Shown here: piece after piece, positions 48,982 to 62,450 of the stretch
Position numbering within the stretch: position 1 is the stretch's first letter
Layout of the letters: each line of letters starts with the position of its first letter
NCBI GenBank assembly: GCA_964016885.1
Contig: OZ024756.1
Coordinates: 43,152,001 to 43,216,000, forward strand
Direction: 5' to 3'
Source of the DNA: Eledone cirrhosa
Taxonomy: Eukaryota
Length of the DNA stretch: 64,000 bases
The notes under the pieces: model-generated
Seen by the model: the letters and a program-made list of their open reading frames with translations, nothing else
Told to the model about the DNA's origin: nothing
Databases searched by the model: none
Position numbers and translations under genes: made by a program

Positions 48982-51900
48982 TACACACACTAGAGAGACA
49001 CATTGGACACACACTAGAGACAGACATTGGAGACACACTAGAGACAGACATTGGAGACGCACTAGAGACAGACATTGGACACACACAAGAGACAGACATT
49101 GGACACACACTAGACACAGACATTGGACACACACACTAGTGACAGACATTGGACACACACTAGTGACAGACATAGGACACACACTAGAGACAGACATTGG
49201 ACAGACACTAGAGACAGACATTGGACACACACTAGAAACAGACATTGGACACACACTAGAGACAGACATTGGACACACACTAGAGACAGACATTGGACAC
49301 ACACTAGAGAGAGACATTGGACACACACACTAGATAGAGACATTAGACACACACACTAGAGAGAGATATTGGTCACACACCAGAGACAGACATTGGACAC
49401 ACACTAGAGAGAGACATTGGACACGCACTAGAGACAGACATTAAACACATACTAGAAACAGACATTGGACACACACTAGAGACAGACATTGGACACACAC
49501 TAGAGACAGACATTGGACACACACTAAAGACAGACATTGGACACACACTAGAGACAGACATTAGACACACACTAGAGACAGACATTGGACACACACTAGA
49601 AACAGACATTGGACACACACTAGAGACAGACATTGGACACACACTAGAGACTGACATTGGACACACACAATAGACTGACATTTTACACACAGTAGAGAGA
49701 GACATTGGACACACACTAGAGACAGGCATTGGATACACACTAGAGACAGACATTGGACACACACTAGAGACTGACATTGGACACACACTAGAGACAGACA
49801 TTGTACACACACTAGAGATAGACATTGGACACACACTAGAGACAGATATTGGGAACACACTAGAGACAGACATTGGACACTCAATAGGGACAGACATTGG
49901 ACATACATACTAGAGACAGACATTGGAAACATACACTAGAGACAGACATTGGACACACACTATAGACAGACATTAGACACACGCTAGTGACAGACATTGG
50001 ACACACACACTAGAGACAGATATTGGACACACACTAGAGACAGACATTGGACACACACTAGAGACAGACAATGGACAGACACTAGAGAGAGACATTCGAC
50101 CCACACACAAGAGACAGACATTGGACACACATTAGAGACAGACATTGGACACACACTAGAGACAGACATTGGGCACACACTAGAGACAGACATTAGACAC
50201 ACACTAGAGACAGACATTGGACACACACACTAGAGACAGACATTGGACACACACTAGAGACAGACATTGGACACACACAGTAGAGAGAGACATTAGACAC
50301 ACACACTACAGAGAGATATTGGACACACTTCAGAGACAGACATTGGACACACACTAGAGAGAGACATTGGACACGCACTAGAGACAGACATTGGACACAC
50401 ACTAGAGACAGACATTGGAGACACACACTAGAGACAGACATTGGACACACACTAGAGACAGACATAGGACACACACTAGAGACAGACATGGGACACACAG
50501 TAGAGACAGACTTTGGACACACACACTAGAGACAGACATTAGACACACACTAGAGACAGACATTGGACACACACTAGAGACAGACATTGGACACACACAC
50601 TAGAGACAGTCATTGGACACACACGAGAGACAGACATTAGACACACACTAGAGACAGATATTGGACACACACTAGAGACAGACATTGGACTCACACTAGA
50701 GACAGACATTGGAGATACACTAGAGACAGATATTGGAGACACACACTAAAGACAGACATTGGACACACACGAGAGACAGACATTGGACACACACTAGAGA
50801 CACACATTAGATACACATTAGAGACAGACATTGGACACACACACTAGAGACAGACATTGGACACACACTAGAGACAGACATTGGACACACACAGAGACAG
50901 ACATGGGACACACACACTAGAGAGAGACATTGTACACTCACTAGAGACAGACATTGGACACACACTAGAGACAGACATTGGACACACACTAGAGACAGAC
51001 ATTGGACACACACTTGAGACAGACATTGCACACACACTAGAGACAGACATTGGACACACACTAGAGACAGACACTGGACACACTAGAGACAGACATTGGA
51101 CACACACTAGAGACAGACATTGGACACACACTAGAGACAGACATTGGACACACACTAGAGACAAACATTGGACACACACTAGAGACAGACATTGGACACA
51201 CACACTAGAGACAGACATTGTACACACACTAGAGACAGACATTGGTCACACTAGAGACAGATATTGGACACACACTAGAGACAGACATTGGACACACACT
51301 AGAGACAGACATTGGAGACACACACTAGAGACAGACATTGGACACTCACTAGAGACAGACATTGGACACACACTAGAGACAGACATTGGACACACACACT
51401 AGAGACAGACATTGTACACACACTAGAGACAGACATTGGTCACACTAGAGACAGACATTGGACACACACTAGAGACAGACATTGGACACACACTAGAGAC
51501 AGACATTGGAGACACACACTAGAGACAGACATTGGACACACACTAGAGACAGACATTGGACACACACTAGAGACAGACATTGGACACACACTAGAGACAG
51601 ACATTGGACACACACTAAAGACAGACATTGGACACACTAGAGACAGACATTGGACACACACTAGAGACAGACATTGGACACACACTAGAGACAGACATTG
51701 GACACACACTAGAGACAAACATTGGACACACACACTAGAGACAGACATTGTACACACACTAGAGACAGACATTGGACACACTAGAGACAGACATTGGACA
51801 TACACTACTGAGAGACATTGGACACACATTAGAGACACACATTAGAAACACACTAGAGACAGACATTGGATACACATTAGAGACTTACATTGGACACACA

Positions 51901-54900
51901 CTAGAGACAGACATTGGACAAACACACTAGAAACAGACATTGGACACACTAGAGACAGACATTGGACATACACTAGTGAGAGACATTGGACACACATTAG
52001 AGACACACATTAGAAACACACTAGAGACAGACATTGGATACACATTAGAGACTGACATTGCACACACTAGAGACAGATATTGGACACACTAGAGACAGAT
52101 ATTGGACACACACTAGAGAGGGACAGTAGACACACACACTAAAGACAGACATTGGACACACACTAGAGACAGACATTAGACACACACTAGAGACAGACAT
52201 TGGACACACACTAGAGACAGACATTGGACACACACCAGAGACAGACATTGGACACACACTAGAGACAGACTTTGGACACACACTAGAGACAGACATTGGA
52301 CACACACTAGAGACAGACATTGGGCACACACTAGAGACAGACATTGGACACACACTAGAGATAGACATTGGACACTCACTAGAGAGACATTGGACACACA
52401 CAGTAAACAGACATTGGACACACACGAGAGACAGACATTGGACACACACACTAGAGACAGACGTTAGACACACACACTAGAGACAGACATTGGACACACA
52501 CTAGAGACAGACATTGGACACACACTAGAGACAGACATTGGACACACACCAGAGACAGACATTGGACACACACCAGAGACAGACATTGGACACACACTAG
52601 AGACAGACATTGTACACACACTAGAGACAGACATTGGACACACACTAGAGACAGACATTGGACACACACTAGAGACAGACATTGGACACACACCAGAGAG
52701 AGACATTGGACACACACCAGAGACAGACATTGGACACACACTAGAGACAGACATTGTACACACACTAGAGACAGACATTGGACACACACTAGAGACAGAC
52801 ATTGGACACACACTAGAGACAGACATTGGACACACACTAGAGACAGACATTGGACACACACTAGAGACAGACATTGGACACACACCAGAGACAGACATTG
52901 GACACACACTAGAGACAGACATTGTACACACACTAGAGACAGACATTGTACACACACTAGAGACAGACATTGGACACACACTAGAGATAGACATTGGACA
53001 CACACTAGAGACACATATTGGACACACACTAGAGACAGATATTGGACACACACTAGAGAAAGACATTGGACAAACACACTAGAGACAGACATTGGACACA
53101 CTACAGACAGACATTGGACACACACACAAGACAGACATTGGACACACATTAGAGACAGACATTGGACACACTAGAGACAGACATTGGACACACACTACAG
53201 ACGGACTTTGGACACACACTAGAGACAGACATTGGACACACTAGAGACAGACATTGGACACACACTAGAGTCAGACATTGGTCACACACTAGAGACAGAC
53301 ATTGGACACACACTAGAGACAGACATTAGACACACATACTAGACAGACATGGGACACACACTAGAGACCGACATTGGACACACACTAGAGATAGACATTG
53401 GACACACACTAGAGAGACATTGGACACACACAGTAAACAAACATTGGACACACACGAGAGACAGACATTGGACACACACACTAGAGACAGACGTTAGACA
53501 CACACACTAGAGACAAACATTGGACACACACTAGAGACAGACATTGGACACACACTAGAGAAAGACATTGGACAAACACACTAGAGACAGACATTGGACA
53601 CACTAGAGACAGACATTGGACACACACACAAGACAGACATTGGACACACACTAGAGACAAACATTGGACACACATTAGAGACAGACATTGGACACACTAG
53701 AAACAGATATTGGATACACTAGAGACAGACATTGGACACACACTAGAGAGGGACATTAGACACACACACTAGAGACAGACATTGGACACACACTAGAGAC
53801 AGACATTAGACACACACTAGAGACAGACATTAGACACACACTAGAGACAGGCATTGGACACACACTAGAGAGAGACATTGGACACACACTAGAGACAGAC
53901 ATTGGACACACACTAGAGACAGACATTGGACAAACACACTAGAGACAGACATTGGACACACATTAGAGACAGACATTAGACACACACTAGAGAGAGACAT
54001 TGGACACACTACAGTCAGACATTGAACACACACACTAGACAGACATTGGACACACATTAGAGACAGACATTGGACACACACTAGAGACAGACATTGGTCA
54101 CACACTAGAGACAGACATTGGACACACACTAGAGAGGGACATTGGACACACACTAGAGACAGACATTGGAGACACACACTAGAGATAGACATTGGACATA
54201 CACTAGAGACAGACAATGGACACACACTAGAGACAGACATTGGACACACTCTAACACACTAGAGACAGACATCGGACACACACTAGAGACAGACATTGGA
54301 CACACTAGAGACAGACATTGGACACACATTAGAGACAGAAATCGGACACACACTAGAGACAGACATTGGACACACTAGAGACAGACATTGGACACACATT
54401 AGAGACAGACATTGGACACACACTAGAGACAGACATTGGTCACACACTAGAGACAGACATTGGACACACTAGAGAGAGGCATTGGACACACACTAGAGAC
54501 AGACATTAGTCACACACACTAGAGACAGACATTGGACATACATTAGAGACAGACATTGGACACACACTAGAGACAGACATTGGACACACTAGAGACAGAC
54601 ATTGGACACACATTAGAGACAGAAATCGGACACACACTAGAGACAGACATTGGACACACTAGAGACAGACATTGGACACACATTAGAGACAGACATTGGA
54701 CACACATTAGAGACAGACATTGGACACACACTAGAGACAGACATTGGTCACACACTAGAGACAGACATTGGACACACACTAGAGACAGACATTGGACACA
54801 CACTAGAGACAGACATTGGTCACACACACTAGAGACAGACATTGGACATACATTAGAGACAGACATTGGACACACACTAGAGACGGACATTGGACACACA

Positions 54901-55949
54901 CTAGAGACAGACATTGGACACACACTAGAGACAGACATTGGTCACACACACTAGAGACAGATATTGGACACACACTAGAGACAGACATTGGACACACACT
55001 AGAGACAGACATTGGACACACTAGAGACAGACATTGGATACACACTAGAGACAGAGATTGGACACACATACTAGTGACAGACATTGAACACACACTAGTG
55101 ACAGACATTGGAAACACACTAGAGACAGACATTGGACAGACACTATAGACAGACATTGGACCCACACTAGAGACAGACATTGGACACAAACACTAGAGAC
55201 AGACATTGGACACACACTAGAGACAGACATTAGACACACACTAGAGACAGACATTAGACACACACTAGAGACAGGCATTGGACACACACTAGAGAGAGAC
55301 ATTGGACACACACTAGAGACAGACATTGTACACACGCTAGAGATAGACATTGGACACACTAGAGACAGACATTGGAAACACACTAGAGACAGACGTTGGA
55401 CACACACTAGGGACAGACATTGGACACACACTAGAGACAGACATTGGACACACACTAGAGACAGACATTGGACACACTAGTGACAGACATTGGACACACA
55501 GTAGAGACAGACATTGGACACCCACTAGAGACAGACATTGGACACACACTAGAGACATATATTGGACACACACTAGAGACAGACATTGGACACACACTAG
55601 AGACAGACATTGGACAAACACACTAGAGACAGACATTGGACACACTAGAGTCAGACATTGGACACACACACTAGACAGACATTGGACACACACTAGAGAC
55701 AGACATTGGATACACATTAGAGACAGACATTGGACACACTAGAGACAGATATTGGACACACTAGAGACAGACATTAGACACACACACTAGACAGACATTG
55801 GACACACACTAGAGACAGACATTGGACACACACTAGAGACAGACATTGGACACACACACTAGACAGACATTGGACACACACTAGAGACAGATATTGGACA
55901 CACTAGAGACAGACATTAGACACACACACTAGACAGACATTAGACACCC

Positions 55950-58900
55950 ACTAGTGACAGACATTGGACACACACACTAGAGAGAGACATTGGACACACA
56001 CTAGAGACAGACATTGGACACACACTAGAGACAGACATTGGACACACACTAGAGACAGACATTGGGCACACACTAGAGACAGACATTGGACACTCACTAG
56101 AGACAGGCATTGGACTCACACACTAGAGACAGACATTGTACACTCACTAGAGACAGACATTGGACACACACATTAGAGACAGGCATTGCACACACACTAG
56201 AGACAGACATTGGACACACACTAGAGACAGACACTGGACACAGACTAGAGACAGACATTGGACACACACACTAGAGACAGACATTGGACAAACACTAGAG
56301 ACAGACATTGGACACTCACTAGAGACAGACATTGGACACACACCAGAGACAGACATTGGACACACACTAGAGACAGACATTGTACACACACTAGAGACAG
56401 ACATTGGACACACACACTAGAGACAGACATTGTACACACACTAGAGACAGACATTGGACACACACTAGAGACAGACATTGGACACACACTAGAGACAGAC
56501 ATTGGACACACACTAGAGACAGACATTGGAGACTCACACTAGAGACAGACATTGGACACACACTAGAGACAGACATTGGACACACACTAGAGACAGACAT
56601 TGGACACACAGTAGGGACAGACATTGGACACACACTAGAGACAGACATTGGACACACTAGAGACAGACATTGGACACACACTAGAGACAGACATTGGTCA
56701 CACACACTGGAGACAGACATTGGACACACACTAGAGACAGACATTGGACACACACTAGAGACAGACATTGGACACACTAGAGACAGACATTGGACATACA
56801 CTAGAGACAGAGATTGGACACACGCTAGAGATAGACATTGGACACACTAGAGACAGACATTGGAAACACACTAGAGACAGACGTTGGACACACACTAGAG
56901 ACAGACATTGGACACACACTAGAGACAGACATTGGACACACACTAGAGACAGACATTGGACAAACACACTAGAGACAGACATTGGACACACTAGAGTCAG
57001 ACATTGGACACACACACTAGACAGACATTGGACACACACTAGAGACAGACATTGGATACACTAGAGACAGATATTGGACACACTAGAGACAGACATTGGA
57101 CACACACTAGAGAGGGACATTAGACACACACACTAAAGACAGACATTGGACACACACTAGAGACAGACATTAGACACACACTAGAGACAGACTTTGGACA
57201 CACACTAGAGACAGACATTGGACACACACTAGAGACAGACATTGGACACACACTAGAGACAGACTTTGGACACACACTAGAGACAGACATTGGACACACA
57301 CACTAGACAGACATTGGACACACACTAGAGACAGACATTGGACACACACACTAGACAGACATTGGACACACACTAGAGACAGATATTGGACACACACTAG
57401 AGACAGCCATTGGACACACACAACAGACAGACATTAGACACCCACTAGTGACAGAGATTGGACACACACACTAGAGAGAGACATTGGACACACACTAGAG
57501 ACAGACATTGGACACACACTAGAGACAGACATTGGACACACACTAGAGACAGACATTGGGCACACACTAGAGACAGACATTGGACACTCACTAGAGACAG
57601 ACATTGGACACACACACTAGAGAGAGACATTGTACACTCACTAGAGACAGACATTGGACACACACTAGAGACAGACATTGGACACACACTAGAGACAGGC
57701 ATTGGACACACATTAGAGACAGACATTGGACACACACTAGAGACAGACATTGGTCACACACTAGAGACAGACATTGGACACACACTAGAGAGGGACATTG
57801 GACACACACTATAGACAGACATTGGACACACACACTAGAGACAGACATTGGACATACACTAGAGACAGACATTGGACACACACTAACACACTAGAGACAG
57901 ACATTGGACACACACTAGAGACAGACATTGGACACATTAGAGACAGACATCGGACACACACTAGAGACAGACATTGGACACACTAGAGACAGACATTGGA
58001 CACACATTTGAGACAGACATTGGACACACACTAGAGACAGACGTTGGTCACACACTAGAGACAGACATTGGACACACTAGAGACAGACATTGGACACTCA
58101 CTAGAGACAGACATTAGTCACACACTAGAGACAGACATTGGACACACACTAGAGACAGACATTGGACACACACTAGAGACAGACATTGGTCACACACACT
58201 AGAGACAGACATTGGACATACATTAGAGAAAGACATTGGACACACACTAGAGACAGACATTGGACACACACTAGAGACAGACATTGGACACACACTAGAG
58301 ACAGACATTGGTCACACACACTAGAGACAGACATTGGACACACACTAGAGACAGACATTGGACACACACTAGAGACAGACATTGGACACACTAGAGACAG
58401 ACATTGGACACACTAGAGACAGACATCGGACACACACTAGAGACAGAGATTGGACACACGCTAGAGATAGACATTGGACACACTAGAGACAGACATTGGA
58501 AACACACTAGAGACAGACGTTGGACACACACTAGGGACAGACATTGGACACACACTAGAGACAGACATTGGACACACACTAGTGACAGACATTGGACACA
58601 CACTAGAGACAGACATTGGACACCCACTAGAGACAGACATTGGACACACACTAGAGACATATATTGGACACACACTAGAGACAGACATTGAACACACACT
58701 AGAGACAGACATTGGACAAACACACTAGAGACAGACATTGGACACACTAGAGTCAGACATTGGACACACACACTAGACAGACATTGGACACACACTAGAG
58801 ACAGACATTGGTTACACATTAGAGACAGACATTGGACACACTAGAGACAGATATTGGACACACTAGAGACAGACATTGGACACACACTAGAGAGGGACAT

Positions 58901-61900
58901 TAGACACACACACTAAAGACAGACATTGGACTCACACTAGAGACAGACTTTGGACACACACTAGAGACAGACATTGGACACACACTAGAGACAGACATTG
59001 GACACACACTAGAGACAGACTTTGGACACACACTAGAGACAGACATTGGACACACACACTAGACAGACATTGGACACACACTAGAGACAGACATTGGACA
59101 CACGCACTAGACAGACATTGGACACACACTAGAGACAGATATTGGACACACACTAGAGACAGCCATTGGACACACACACTAGAGAGAGACATTGGACACA
59201 CACTAGAGACAGACATTGGACACACACTAGAGACAGACATTGGACACACACTAGAGACAGACATTGGGCACACACTAGAGACAGACATTGGACACTCACT
59301 AGAGACAGACATTGGACACACACTAGAGACAGACATTGGACACACACATTAGAGACAGGCTTTGCACACACACTAGAGACAGACATTGGACACACACTAG
59401 AGACAGACACTGGACACAGACTAGAGACAGACATTGGACACACACACTAGAGACAGACATTGGACAAACACTAGAGACAGACATTGGACACTCACTAGAG
59501 ACAGACATTGGACACACACCAGAGACAGACATTGGACACACACTAGAGACAGACATTGTACACACACTAGAGACAGACATTGGACACACACACTAGAGAC
59601 AGACATTGTACACACACTAGAGACAGACATTGGACACACACTAGAGACAGACATTGGACACACACTAGAGACAGACATTGGACACACACTAGAGACAGAC
59701 ATTGGAGACACACACTAGAGACAGACATTGGACACACACTAGAGACAGACATTGGACACACACTAGAGACAGACATTGGACACACATTAGAGACAGACAT
59801 TGGACACACACTAGAGACAGACATTGGACACACACTAGAGACAGACATTGGACACACACTAGAGACAGACATTGGTCACAAACACTAGAGACAGACATTG
59901 GACACACACTAGAGACAGACATTGGACACACACTAGAGACAGACATTGGACACACTAGAGACAGACATTGGACATACACTAGAGACAGAGATTGGACACA
60001 CGCTAGAGATAGACATTGGACACACTAGAGACAGACATTGGAAACACACTAGAGACAGACGTGGGTCACACACTAGAGACAGACATTGGACACACACTAG
60101 AGACAGACATTGGACACACACTAGAGACAGACATTGGACAAACACACTAGAGACAGACATTGGACACACTAGAGACAGATATTGGACACACTAGAGACAG
60201 ACATTGGACACACACTAGAGAGGGACATTAGACACGCACACTAAAGACAGACATTGGACACACACTAGAGACAGACATTAGACACACACTAGAGACAGAC
60301 TTTGGACACACACTAGAGACAGACATTGGACACACACTAGAGACAGACATTGGACACACACTAGAGACAGACTTTGGACACACACTAGAGACAGACATTG
60401 GACACACACACTAGACAGACATTGGACACACACTAGAGACAGACATTGGACACACACTAGAGACAGATATTGGACACACACTAGAGACAGCCATTGGACA
60501 CACACTACAGACAGACATTAGACACCCACTAGTGACAGACATTGGACACACACACTAGAGAGAGACATTGGACACACACTAGAGACAGACATTGGACACA
60601 CATTAGAGACAGACATTGGACACACACTAGAGACAGACATTGGGCACACACTAGAGACAGACATTGGACACTCACTAGAGACAGACATTGGACACACACT
60701 AGAGACAGACATTGGACACACACTAGAGACAGACATTGTACACACACTAGAGAGACACATTGGACACACACTAGAGACAGACATTGGAGACACACTAGAG
60801 ACAGACATTGGACACACACAAGAGACAGACATTGGACACACACTAGACACAGACATTGGACACACACACTAGTGACAGACATTGGACACACACTAGTGAC
60901 AGACATAGGACACACACTAGAGACAGACATTGGACAGACACTAGAGACAGACATTGGACACACACTAGAAACAGACATTGGACACACACTAGAGACAGAC
61001 ATTGGACACACACTAGAGACAGACATTAAACACATACTAGAAACAGACATTGGACACACACTAGAGACAGACATTGGACACACACTAGAGACAGACATTG
61101 GACACACACTAGAGACAGACATTGGACACACACTAGAGACAGACATTAGACACACACTAGAGACAGACATTGGACACACACTAGAAACAGACATTGGACA
61201 CACACTAGAGACAGACATTGGACACACACTAGAGACTGACATTGGACACACACAATAGACTGACATTTTACACACAGTAGAGAGAGACATTGGACACACA
61301 CTAGAGACAGGCATTGGATACACACTAGAGACAGACATTGGACACACACTAGAGACTGACATTGGACACACACTAGAGACAGACATTGTACACACACTAG
61401 AGATAGACATTGGACACACACTAGAGACAGATATTGGACACACACTAGAGACAGGCATTGGACACACATTAGAGACAGACATTGGACACACACTAGAGAC
61501 AGACATTGGTCACACACTAGAGACAGATATTGGACACACACTAGAGAGGGACATTGGACACACACTATAGACAGACATTGGACACACACACTAGAGACAG
61601 ACATTGGACATACACTAGAGACAGACATTGGACACACACTAGAGACAGACATTGGACACACACTAACACACTAGAGACAGACATTGGACACACACTAGAG
61701 ACAGACATTGGACACATTAGAGACAGACATCGGACACACACGAGAGACAGACATTGGACACACTAGAGACAGACATTGGACACACATTAGAGACAGACAT
61801 TGGACACACACTAGAGACAGACATTGGTCACACACTAGAGACAGACATTGGACACACTAGAGACAGACATTGGACACACACTAGAGACAGACATTAGTCA

Positions 61901-62450
61901 CACACTAGAGACAGACATTGGACACACACTAGAGACAGACATTGGACACACACTAGAGACAGACATTTGTCACACACACTAGAGACAGACATTGGACATA
62001 CATTAGAGACAGACATTGGACACACACTAGAGACAGACATTGGACACACACTAGAGACAGACATTGGACACACACTAGAGACAGACATTGGTCACACACA
62101 CTAGAGACAGACATTGGACACACACTAGAGACAGACATTGGACACACACTAGAGACAGACATTGGACACACTAGAGACAGACATTGGACACACACTAGAG
62201 ACAGAGATTGGACACACGCTAGAGATAGACATTGGACACACTAGAGACAGACATTGGAAACACACTAGAGACAGACGTTGGACACACACTAGGGACAGAC
62301 ATTGGACACACACTAGAGACAGACATTGGACACACACTAGAGACAGACATTGGACACACTAGTGACAGACATTGGACACACACTAGAGACAGACATTGGA
62401 CACCCACTAGAGACAGACATTGGACACACACTAGAGATAGACATTGGACA
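55950..62450 (+). repeat. Overlapping block duplications in the distal domain (offsets ~3176 and 3780 bp)
   Basis: ORF pairs 56147/59323, 56245/59421 and 56391/59567 are offset by 3176. Pairs 58114/61894 and 58173/61953, and the CTAACACACTAG marker at 57883/61663, are offset by 3780. Confidence 0.82.
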
